DNA of 63,981 nt, the filler included, from Octopus bimaculoides (Eukaryota), in assembly GCF_001194135.2 (NCBI RefSeq). It is 5 parts of 5 records of this genome, joined end to end, with 100 filler letters (N's around TTAATTAATTAA, not from the genome) between each part and the next. Parts side by side here need not be neighbours in the genome. Positions count along the whole stretch, not along the records: positions 1 to 25,299 come from NC_068994.1; positions 25,400 to 57,020 come from NC_068984.1; 3 more parts are not named here. One strand, given 5' to 3'. Positions within the stretch are counted from its first letter, which is position 1. Each line of letters begins with the position of its first letter. Made by a program: the position numbers and the translations under genes. The notes below the pieces were generated by a model, which ran no database searches, was not told the origin of the DNA, and saw only the letters and a list, made by a program, of their open reading frames with translations. Below are positions 1-36,200 of this stretch, in pieces.

Positions 1-149
1 TATACATATCTATACACGCACATACATACAGATAAGCACTTGGCCTGGAATGAAACCCCTCAGTCTTCATCTGACACAGGAGTTCAATACTCTTTATCCA
101 TGAAAGTTGTTTTAAAACCATTTTATCAATAATAGAAAGTGTGTCTCGT

Positions 150-361
150 AACAGCACTGTGCTACATAAAAAGCATTGGTGTGGGTGTCGGTGCCACGTA
201 AAAAAACACCCAGTACACTCTGTGGAGTGGTTGGTATTAAGAAGGGCACCCAGCTGTAGAAACCAAGCCAAAACAGACTATGGAACCCAGAGTGGCTCCT
301 GGTCATGCCAGTTCCTGTCAAGCTGTCCAACCCATGCCAGTATGGAAAACAGACGTCAAAA

Positions 362-395
<34 letters not shown>
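150..395 (+). mobile_element. Family D repeat (RTE 3'-UTR-derived, ends in (GAT)n). Other copies, approx.: 4160-4505(+), 12480-12720(-), 17790-17930(-), 23620-23790(-), 29820-30000(-), 35250-35390(-), 55170-55370(+)
   Basis: Shared GGCACGTAAAAAGCACCC...GTGGTTGGCATTAGGAAGGGCATCCAGC...CAACCCATGCCAGCATGGAAA and (GAT)n tail. Confidence 0.8.
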
Positions 396-414
396 ATCTC
401 CGTGATTGTCTTAC

Positions 415-24917
<24,503 letters not shown>

Positions 24918-25125
24918 CTGAAATGCAAAAAGCAGAATTGAGTGTCGTTGTTTATACAATTTATACAAAATACATACAGACTTAACTCAAAGTGACTTCT
25001 GTCACTTGTACGGTGGTGATGCCATTCTACAATAATCACATAAATATATGTTAAAATGAAATGCCAGTGTTATTTTCATTTTTGCAAAATTTAGACGACA
25101 ATTTATTCACTGCAACCTGTATGTG

Positions 25126-25161
<36 letters not shown>

Positions 25162-25299
25162 TATATTATATGATAGAAATAAGATAATATTTTTTCAAAT
25201 GCAGAGTTGCTGTTCGAACAGCAGAAATGCTGTGTAAATTACCTTCACAAAGCAGAAAAATTTGTCAACAAACAGCTTTGCAAGAATAATTTATCTAAT

Positions 25300-25399
25300 N
25301 NNNNNNNNNNNNNNNNNNNNNNNNNNNNNNNNNNNNNNNNNNNTTAATTAATTAANNNNNNNNNNNNNNNNNNNNNNNNNNNNNNNNNNNNNNNNNNNN
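25300..25399. other. Unsized scaffold gap: 44 N + TTAATTAATTAA + 44 N (also 57021-57120, 59952-60051, 61999-62098)
   Basis: The same 100-base pattern occurs four times; the 12-mer is palindromic with stops in all six frames, so it is an assembly spacer. Confidence 0.92.
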
Positions 25400-25844
25400 G
25401 TGGACAGGATGTTGTTCCTCGCCAGGAAAGTTGACTCCGAGGTAACGAGGCGGAGCGTGCAGAGAGTGGTTAGCAGCTGTGACAGGTGCCAGTCTATTGA
25501 CCCTGCTCCGGGCGTACATGAGGCGGGAAGTATTCCAATGGCCCACAACTGGAAACGACTGGCAGTGAACGTACCTCTCAATGGTTGACTGCAGACCGGG
25601 GCGGATGGCCATATGGAGGGAGATGAAGACGGGGACTGCAGAGGAAATCACAGGAGTGTTAAATGGGATATTCCTGGAACGAGGCCCCGTGGATGAGCTG
25701 CTGCTGGATAATGGCACTGCATTTCGCTCGGAGGCGCTGAAAGAAATGCTTGACAGGTGGCAGGTCAGCCACTTCTTCAGGGCGGCATACCGGCCAAGTG
25801 GAAATGGAGTGGTGGAAAGGCATCATCGTACCATCAAGACCATG
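25400..25844 (+). mobile_element. Gypsy/Ty3 LTR retrotransposon integrase fragment
   Basis: CDRC zinc-knuckle half followed by integrase core motifs ELLLDNGTAF and YRPSGNGVVERHHRTIK; frame break near 25575. Confidence 0.9.
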
Positions 25845-26511
25845 NNNNNNNNNNNNNNNNNNNNNNNNNNNNNNNNNNNNNNNNNNNNNNNNNNNNNNNN
25901 NNNNNNNNNNNNNNNNNNNNNNNNNNNNNNNNNNNNNNNNNNNNNNNNNNNNNNNNNNNNNNNNNNNNNNNNNNNNNNNNNNNNNNNNNNNNNNNNNNNN
26001 NNNNNNNNNNNNNNNNNNNNNNNNNNNNNNNNNNNNNNNNNNNNNNNNNNNNNNNNNNNNNNNNNNNNNNNNNNNNNNNNNNNNNNNNNNNNNNNNNNNN
26101 NNNNNNNNNNNNNNNNNNNNNNNNNNNNNNNNNNNNNNNNNNNNNNNNNNNNNNNNNNNNNNNNNNNNNNNNNNNNNNNNNNNNNNNNNNNNNNNNNNNN
26201 NNNNNNNNNNNNNNNNNNNNNNNNNNNNNNNNNNNNNNNNNNNNNNNNNNNNNNNNNNNNNNNNNNNNNNNNNNNNNNNNNNNNNNNNNNNNNNNNNNNN
26301 NNNNNNNNNNNNNNNNNNNNNNNNNNNNNNNNNNNNNNNNNNNNNNNNNNNNNNNNNNNNNNNNNNNNNNNNNNNNNNNNNNNNNNNNNNNNNNNNNNNN
26401 NNNNNNNNNNNNNNNNNNNNNNNNNNNNNNNNNNNNNNNNNNNNNNNNNNNNNNNNNNNNNNNNNNNNNNNNNNNNNNNNNNNNNNNNNNNNNNNGAATG
26501 ATCTATAGATC

Positions 26512-26775
26512 AGGGGGGGGGGCGTGTGGTGTTATGGGCTGTGACGAGCTATGTGTTGAGGTGGAGAGGGGTGAGGCAAACAGAGGTGAAGCCAGACCGG
26601 AAGGGCCAGATCGGAAGTCGGCGACATGCGGTCGAAGGCTAGCACGTGGGTCCAGTGAGAAAACAGCGACATTACGAGAAAGACATGTTCTGATTAGGAG
26701 CGATCGTGTACCCCGCTGCGGTCGGCAAGGTAAGGTCCAATGCTTCTTGTTGTCTTCTTCCTCCATCGCACCACA
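26512..26775 (+). mobile_element. Polypurine tract and 251-bp 3' LTR of the Gypsy element
   Basis: A(G)10 tract at 26512-26522, then LTR TGTGGTG (26525) ... CACCACA (26775) with 7-bp terminal inverted repeats, downstream of the integrase. Confidence 0.8.
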
Positions 26776-28970
26776 TAAACTAAATAATGAACTTCCTCGT
26801 CATTTATTTTATTGTTGTTATTTCTTTAATTTTGAATTAAGACCGCTTTCATTTTAGCAAATTTTATAATACAGCCTATATCTAGCCGAAAGTATAGTTA
26901 TAATCTTGTGCATAACTCAAAATCCTGACGTGCTAGAACAATTTTGAGTGCAAATTCAGAATTAGCATCCCTTGTTGTCCAGTGCTGTTCAATACCCCTC
27001 AACTACCTTCCTTATCACTTTACCTCTCTTCTCCATGACAAGAAGTGTTTTTGTATCTGATACACTCTACCAACACACTTTTTGTGCTACCAGCCTGCAT
27101 TTCCTCTTTTCCAAGACACTCATTACAGACATCCATCACTGAATCTCTATCTTACCAGCACACATACAGTTACTATCATCGTCTCACTTCCATTACTCTC
27201 TACTTTCAAACCCTCTTAACTTGATCGCAGTTTCTCTCATCATGCTCTTGCTTCCTTCACCCAATCATCCCAGTTTTGTGATCAGACTTTTTCCAATTTA
27301 CCTTAATGATAAGATTGTCTTGAACGAATACAGACACTATAAAGTAATGAGGACTCTTTAGTCTTGTAGGGTACAAGACAATACACTATTGTTGGCACCA
27401 TGATAAAATGTACTCAGTACACTCTGCAAAGTGGGTAGTGAATGAGTAATAGCAAAGTAAGGTCAAGTTGACTCTTTAGTTTGTCTGAGGTGGTGACAAC
27501 CTCTCTAATGTTACTGTCACAGAATGCACCCAGCATACTCTATAAAGTGGTTGGCATTAGGAAAGGCATCTAGCCATACAAAACATGCCAAAAATGGTAT
27601 GTAAATGTGACATGTGGTCTTCTGATCATTTAGAAGGGTATAAGAGTTACTGTCCTCCTAATGGATCATGATAACTCAGTCGACTCATGTCAAATATAAA
27701 ATGATATACAGTATGCACTATCTAGAGTGAATATGTATATATAAAATATTTCATGAATGTACACATACACTGTGTATCATACTCAATGTAGATACATTGC
27801 CAGAAGCAAATTTGCTGGGTATCCATCCAAAATATCTCTTATGGATGTGCTGTGTTTAAAAACACTATGTACCAGGGGCAAATGAAAATCATGACTGGTG
27901 AGAATGCTAGATGTATTTCTGCCTATTTGCATATTGTCAGTAGCATATACTCATGGCCAACCTCATGCAATGATAAAATCTTATCATTGATGTACAGTGA
28001 ATGAACAATCACTGATGTTGCAAACAGTCACCCACCCGAATAAAAATCCATTACAAGCAACAAGTAGTATGAGATTAAAATAGCCACTTATGTTTCCTAC
28101 TTAATGCAAATACATCACAAAAAGCAAATTTACAACAATACCGGTTTAAAAACACAATATATATATATCTACCAGAGGTAGGCAAAAATCATCCTAGCAG
28201 TGGCTGGTGAGAATACTCAATGCATTTCAGCCTATATAAGCATTGGCTGTGCATATACACGCAGTGATTTTCATGACGTATTTATACTACGTATGCTACA
28301 CAGATGGCTATTTTGATCTAATATTGCTTCTGCACACACACATTGGATGGTTTTACTGCCTTTTTTGTATGGTAAATGTTTAAATGTTGGAAGCTAAGAT
28401 TCCATGTGACTCAAACACTTCCAGCCAAACATGCCAACTATAAATGCAACATCCATTTTTCAATTGTTCACTAATTAAAAAATACCCAATCCTGGATGAA
28501 ACTCAGTTACAATTAGGTAATGAACCTTCCTAGTTCTTACCATAAATCTTGATAAAAATGAGTTCTCTCTTAGCGCACTCTTTACTCTTCTTCTTCTCTC
28601 TCTCTCTCATATATATGAGGGAGAGAGAGAGATACAGGTAAAAAACAGAAAACTTGTAGCATCTGGAATTAGATCTTGATAGTTTTGTTTAGTAAAAGAA
28701 ATTTAAGGTAATTAGTAAAAGAATAAAAAAGATAAAAAATCACTAACTTCTTATTTCATGAAATGAGAGTACTTTACTAAGAACTTGTTTTAATCCATAC
28801 ATTATTGGCTGCAATGGTAGTAGTTGCAGTAGTAGTTCAATGAAAGTAACAATTTTTTTGGTTAGAGAATATGGTGGTGATAGTAGAGGTGTAAATGGCA
28901 ACAGTGGTGTGATAACTTTTTAAAACAAATAACAATAAAATATCATCCCCATCTCCCATAAAAACAAGTA

Positions 28971-29007
<37 letters not shown>

Positions 29008-29027
29008 AAAGCAAATTTGACCGGTAT

Positions 29028-29207
29028 GACATTACTGAAATAATTTGGTATAGATCATCCTCCACACATATACACGCACACACACACATATACACACACA
29101 CACATACACGACATTACTTGAATAATTTGGTATAGATCATCCTTCATATAAATATATATATATTTATACAGGACATTACTGGAATACTTTGGTATAGATC
29201 ATCATCC
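29028..29207. repeat. Three ~36-bp units separated by microsatellite spacers
   Basis: GACATTACT(G/T)(A/G)AATA(A/C)TTTGGTATAGATCATC starting at 29028, 29110 and 29172. Confidence 0.85.
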
Positions 29208-29474
29208 ATATATACATATATATATATATATATATATGCAGGACAGACTTAAGGAATAGTTATTTAAAAACAACTGCTGTAACCCTGAGAATTTATGTGG
29301 GTAGCATTTCAGTTGAGAATGGAGTAGAAGAAAGCAAGAAAAGAATGATCCAAAAATTTGTGTTCTTTGAATTTTTAAGCAAATAATCTCATTGGTTCAG
29401 TGTTTTTTCTTTTTGTTCATTGGTTGTTAGCATTTTCAGTACTGGCTGATATTTTGTTTCTTCTTTTCTTCTCG

Positions 29475-29576
29475 TTATACAACAACCTCATCCATTATGA
29501 CTTTAGAGGCAAATGCTACAGAAAAGGCAAGAAGGATTCCCACAATGGCATTATATGTCAAGGCAAAGTTAAAAAC
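29475..29576 (-). CDS. 7TM gene exon 9 (VFNFALTYNAIVGILLAFSVAFASKVIMDEVVV*)
   Basis: ttgcag acceptor, phase 0, TAA stop. Confidence 0.88.
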   Translation of the reverse strand, partial: VFNFALTYNAIVGILLAFSVAFASKVIMDEVVV

Positions 29577-31902
29577 CTGCAATGAGAAGAAAAAATAGCA
29601 AATATATAAATGAGTGACATTAGGACATACAAATGTGTCACACATTTTTATGCATATGCTAGATAAAGAGATAATCAAATGCATGATAAAATATACAAAT
29701 GACAAGCATCAAGCAAATGAACATCTACTTGTATGCCAGTGACCAGCTAACAACAAGTTAGTGAACAACTACCAGCATGCGAGCGATTAGATATCATGAT
29801 GCTTATGAACAGGTAACAACATCATCAATTAACATCTTTTTTCCATGCTGGCATGAACGACAGTTTGACAGGAGATAGTCAAGTCAGAGAACTGCACCAA
29901 GTTCCATTGTCTGCTTCAGTATGGTTTCTACAGCTGGATGTCCTTCCTAACACCAGTCACTTTACAGAGTGTACAGGGTGCTTTTTATGTGACACAGTCA
30001 TCAGCAGGGTCACCAAGTAGCTTGTGGGATGAAGACCTCTCAGCTGGGAGAGGGACTGGAACTAAGGGATGTAGCTTTGATCCAGTTGAGAGGTTAAAGT
30101 ATAATAGAGGGACAGAAATAGGTATCTTACTATAGAGGAGATACTTTGCTATCCCTGTAGGGAGAGAAAGGAGAGATAGAGTTAAACAAAAATAGATGGT
30201 GGAACAGTGAGTGTGTGTGTGTGTGTGTTTGTGTGAGGGGAGTATGGAACTTCTACCTACACTTCTTCTATATATTAAGCAGGGTCATCTCCCTGAAAGG
30301 ATTGATGCTTTGTCTGCTTTCCTACTTACTAGGATTTTGGTCTTTGCTAAATTAACTCTATGGTCTTTTAATTCCAAACCATCCTGTCCTTGTTTTCTCC
30401 AGAGATATTAAGAACTACATTATCCAATGTATAATGTATCATTCATTTCTTAAAACAGAAATGGGAGTACAGTTTGAAGGATATTTTGTCTGTTGGTTTT
30501 AGCAAGTGATTACATGAAGGCTCTTGCTGGCTTGTAAGGTATCTGCTGGAGGTTGATCTGTCAAGGCACCGTCAATCAATATACTCATTAAATCAACCAC
30601 TCAGATTGACAAAAATACATATATTTGAAAGATGTTGAAAAATGGTGTGTGTTTGTGTGTGTGTGTGAATGAGTTTGATTATAATCTCCAAAGGATCTGT
30701 CCCCATCTATCAGTGGTATAATACAGATTGAAAGAGTAATCCAAGCAAGAAAACAATGGGTTAATGTCTAATAATACACACCGTCATCTGTAGAGGTTGC
30801 TGGTTGAGAAACAAGAGGAGAAAGAGGCGATCTTCAGTTGGACACATACACTGAAACAGATAGTTGCGTATATAGTTAGGTATTAGGTAGTTGTTGGTTA
30901 AGGTGAGTCATATAGCAGCATTTCAAATTAAAGATATCTATCTATCTGACAGAATTTAAACATAGGGGAGATAAAATGAAATACAGTAAAGTAAACTAGC
31001 TTGATACTCTATTTATTTCAGTTATTTTATGACTAATGATAAAATTAAAGGTGAGAGGAGTCAATGGGAGAAAACTTAAGCAGAAGATATTTTTGTTTTT
31101 CTAAAACTATTTTTGAAAGACTTTCTCTAAAAGGCACAGAAACATTCTTGGAGAAATGTTGAATTTCTTCCACTAACTTTTCCCTTCAAATGAAAATCTT
31201 AAGTTTTATCTATTTTTGTTGATTTATTCTTATGTTAGTTTTTTTTTTCATTTAATTGGTAAAGGCAAGTTACTTTCCCTAGCTTCTATGTGATCACTCA
31301 AACTGCTGGAAATCACGCCCAAATATTTCTCAATCACATGCTACCATCTTTATAAAAGAGGCAGATTTGATAATGTTTTCCTAGGTACATTGCATCTGAG
31401 TAAAAGATGGAAAGGGAACCAATAAAATGCTTTTGATTTAAGATCTGTTCAATCAGAGCTGAACTTAGGATAAACAAAATCAAATTGAAAGAGTCGGTGA
31501 TGAACCCTCTTATGATCGAGTGACTTGCTAGAAATAGCAGTCTAATAGCAAATTAAACCCTTTCATTAGGAAAAAAAAATATAAGGAAGGGTACATTAAC
31601 AATAATGAATCAATTGAAACACAGCTCAACAAATAAATGAAACTAAATTTGACACTTACTCTGATCATACGCTGGCCTTCAGCATTTGCTTCAGCAAATG
31701 CAGAAGATATGAGTAACAGAAGCAAAAGTGGCAAGATGAATTCTACAATACCCAGAAGAGTGGCTTTATGAGACATCCAAAATATAATATAATTAGCACA
31801 CCATAGTACAATCAGGACAATCCAGCTGGCCAGCCAGCGTTGCAGATAGGCTGATGTTGTACGCATACGGAACTGTAACGCAAAGAAAGATATATTGAGA
31901 CA

Positions 31903-31947
<45 letters not shown>

Positions 31948-33235
31948 TAAATAATATGTAAATATATGCATATATCCATACATATATGTACATGCCTACA
32001 TATATATGTATATATATATATATGTAGGTATGGGTACAGGACATAAAAAAATGCATATATGGGTACAGGACATCAAAAAAACGTTAAACACAATGAGAAA
32101 TGAAAACAGAAAATGAGCTTTTTTTGAACAACGAAAAAAAACAAACAGAGAAACAAGACATGCAACCTAAAGAGTATACCCCTTCGTCAGTTGTCCCTGT
32201 TTCATCTACTCTGTGTAATGTGTTGTGAATTTATGGAAAGAAATCCCATAAAATTCAACAATTTAGTTAAAAATGGAGAAGAGAGGTTAAAATATATAAG
32301 AAAATTTTAATTCATGTAGACGATCGTTGCGTACAGAGATATAAAAATCATGCAAATTCATGGTTAAATTGAATTGAATTAAATTAATTATAAGAAACAG
32401 AAATAAATTTATTTCTCAAACACGTGATAATGCTATAAATAGCATGATCAGGATAAATTATCCATACAATGCAGAAAAATACGTTACTGGCCAATCCTGA
32501 TCACGCTATTTATAGCATTATCACACGTTTGAGAAATAAATTTATGTCTGTTTCTTACAATACATCTCAATGCTTCTAAAAACAAACTTTGTTTGTTTAC
32601 TTTCATCGTAAAGTTGAATTTAAATTAATTATATATCAATGTACTCTTCAATGCAAGAAGTATAAACAAAATTTTTACAAAGAACTTGAGAAAGAATAGA
32701 ATCTAGGAGATTCATATTTATCCTTATGAGAAAAAGAGATGTGAGTCTAGTTAGGTATTAACTACAACTAAGGCTATAGTGGTTATTTGAAAATATAAGA
32801 GGTTTCAGAGATGTTCCCTCTAGAAATGAGTAAGCAGATTAGAAATTTTAACTCCAAATAAGTCACGTAGGGCAAAAATTGTATAGAAACGTTCAATGGA
32901 AAGACATGGCTACATTTGAATTAAAATATGACCTGACAGTTAAAAACAATACTTAGTGTGGTGTATATTTTTAAAAAAATTAATACATGAGAATGAAGTT
33001 AATCTAGAGGAGATAGTGTATAAAGAGCTACTTAACGTAAACAAGTGTTAGAGAGGTAAAAAGGGTTAAAGAGAGAATAAGATGCATAAGATGGACTTAT
33101 GTTTGCATAAGAACTAATATTCGTTAGTATGTATTAAATATAAGGTAGGAAAAAAAAAAAGAAAAATGTTTCTCTCAGCAATTTGCTAAGTGCATTGCTA
33201 CTGATTAACGACTCATCATCATCGTTGTGTATATT

Positions 33236-33266
<31 letters not shown>

Positions 33267-36200
33267 AATACAATGAGAACTTGTGTATATATGAATGAGG
33301 TACAATGGGAATCTGGATATCTGTATGCAAGGTATGTTGTGTCTGATGAGATGCAGTAAGATAGTAAGGGTGTTTATAAAGGAGGGGCACTGAAACATTT
33401 AGAATACATTATGAAAGAGAGAACAGAAGGGGCAGAAAGAAGTTGAAAAATAGAGAAAGAACTAATTACAAACAATGCAAACCGTACTCACAGATATTTT
33501 CCAGTAGGACATCAATATATCATCATTTGTCATCATTTCTGATGCCATGTTATGTGGTTGAGTATTTTCAGGTGGCTGAAGAAATAAAAATGATAATTAA
33601 CTCTAACAATAACAGTAACAATAATGACTTAATCAAATTGGAACAAGGCCACAGATTCAAAGAGGAAATGTATAGTTAACTGGATTGATGCCAGAATATG
33701 TCTGGTATTATTAGTGTGATGAAAGGTAAGTTCATATAATAGATGTCTTTCATCAGACTTCTTGTTTTTCATCCTTGTTTCTAGCTTCCCTCCTAATATA
33801 AGAAGAGCAATGCCAGCCAACAAGTAAAGGTTATTAATGTTAGAGGGTATGATATGTATTGTTTAGTACTTTGTCCCTGTGATATGTGGCAAGAGGAGCT
33901 GATCACAAAACTTATAAAACAGTCTACTTCAAGACTGTGTAGTAACTCCATTATTGCTTGATGTCCACACAAAGGATGAATCAAAAGATAACAATACCAA
34001 ATGTTTTGTCTCTGATTGTTACTTTAAAAGCAATCTAAGGTCTTACTATAAAGAAAATAATACAATTGCTAATCTTGTGAAAACACAAGTTTCTGCACTT
34101 CATCATAGATTGAAACCCCCCCCCCCAAAAAAAAAATAATGGTATAGAACAAAGGTGAAGCACTGCTAGAATTCCAGATATCTTGGGATGTCTGAGATTC
34201 TGCCAGTGTTCAACCTTAATATTAAATGATGAGGTGGGAGACGATAGGCAGTGAGATGGAGGATGATGTGCAGTAATGCTAATTATGATGATGATAGAAA
34301 AAATTTTAGGAAACCAACTGCTTCCATTTGTACAGCTTGATCGGATATTGCTTCAGGCAAACAACCTTCATTCTTGTTGTCATCATCGTGATTTGAAGGG
34401 GTGACAATTTGGGAAGGGCTCTCTTCAGTTGGTAGTGTTGGTCTTGAAACTGGCCTGGGCATTTGGCTATTGTTGTCACAATTATGTCCATTCCTGTTAC
34501 AGTCATCATTCCATACACATTCATCACAGAAATCTAGAACAGGGAAGAGTGAAAGGCAAAAATAAAATCACAATCTTAGATTATTGTAGTCACTAGAGAG
34601 ATGAAATGGCTGATGGGATGAAACATTGAAACAGAAATCTCTTTGTGTCACTGAGCAGGACATTCTTCAGTTAACCTAGCTACCAAGAGAAAAGGATATA
34701 ACATATATTAGGAATATCAACTGAGGAAGTAGGGGATATGTTATCTATTTAAGCACAATAGAAACGAGAATTAATGAGCCACTGTGTTTTGAAAATATTA
34801 ATTAATACATCACAATAATTAACAAATTCTTGTATTGGCACAAAGTTACAAATTTCTATAGTGGCTGAGTAGTAAATTGAATTTATGTCAGTACATTACT
34901 ACTACTTATTTCAGAAACTCTTGCAAAGGGTTTTTGAAATGGAAAAAATTAAACTTCATGAAGTATTTTGTCTATTTCAACCATTCCATTGTCTTTATAA
35001 GTAACTTGTGGTAAAGGTACAAGGCCATAAATTTTACAGGTGGTTGTAGTTGAATATATACCACTGTATTCAACCACAATAATTGACTGGTACTTATTAC
35101 CAAAACAATGAATAGCAAAGTCAACCTTAGAGACAAAATGGAGTTTGAAATCAGAAGGGAAAGCAATGCATCTAAAGCCTGCAAAGGATGTTGCCTGATG
35201 ACCTATTGATTCTGCTATCTGTTACCCTCTTAATATAATTATTTATTTATCATCATCACCATTTAACATCCATTGTCCATGCTGGTATGACCAGGATTGA
35301 CCAGGATTGGTAAGCTGAGGGGTTGCAGCAGACTCCAGTTTGATTTGGCATGGTTTCTATGGTTGGATGCCCTTCCTAACACCAATATATATATTATTTA
35401 CATTATTTACATTGGACAGAGTATATGGAGTGGCAAATCAATGGCAGGATTTGAACTCAGACCACAAAAGTACGAGCTAAATATTGCAAGGCATTTTGTC
35501 AGGCATTCTTATAATTTTGCTATCCATTACCATTCATTCAAAGTGGTAAGAATAAAAGTTTATAATTTGAAAGCTAGATTTTTGTGTGAAAGGTAAATTC
35601 AAGAAACTAAAGATATAACTGAAGCAGTAGCAGTGTTTACTCTGAGAAAGTTTTGAGTGAGATTATTATAACAAATAGTCTCACAAATCTATACTTGCAA
35701 GCTAGCTTATCCCCAGTCCTAATTCATAACTAAATTATAGTATACTTTTGATGGGGTTGGCCAAGCAAATTAGCAATAGAATGAACATGCAGAGAAACAA
35801 CACCTGTGACAATGGTCATGACAGTAGCAACAACAGAAGAGAGGAGCTTCTGTGTTTGTAACCCTTGCAATAAATATATACAACCAAATATATCTTGATT
35901 CACAGCCTACCATCATAAAAAGGAAGAACATAGTATTGTAGTTGAAAGATAACACTAAAAAGGTAAGATAGTCATGATTATAATGCTCTTGGTCAGAAGT
36001 CCATAAGTTGACCTAAGGCTAAACAACAGCTATATATACCACATGTCTTTTGTAGCTGAAGTGTGGTTTAACAAAAGCAACGACAACATCAACAATAGCA
36101 AATGAAGCACTAACCTGCTCCTAAACCTGAAGAGAGACTATCGATGTCAACATGGCGAACTCCAGTTCGAGAGTTCTGATATTTCCAGTAAGCATCATAA

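Noticed and set aside
25344-25355. Palindromic TTAATTAATTAA repeated four times in the window (also 57065, 59996, 62043)
   Set aside because: Always centred in exactly 44 N + 44 N and encodes stops in all six frames, so it is an assembly spacer rather than biology.
29028-29207. CRISPR-like repeat-spacer pattern
   Set aside because: Eukaryotic context, spacers are microsatellites, only three imperfect units and no cas genes.
24918-29474. Search for the next upstream HTT exon or a polyQ-containing exon 1
   Set aside because: No frame with HTT N-terminal motifs and suitable splice sites was found here or further upstream, so no statement on polyQ is possible.
32150-32200. Third hammerhead candidate on the minus strand (CAA CTGACGA hairpin ... 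GCATGTC TTG)
   Set aside because: The essential GAAA box is replaced by TAGGTT, so the catalytic core is incomplete.
33629-33984. Minus-strand ORFs between 7TM exons 5 and 6
   Set aside because: No convincing splice-site pair, and exons 5 and 6 already join in frame.
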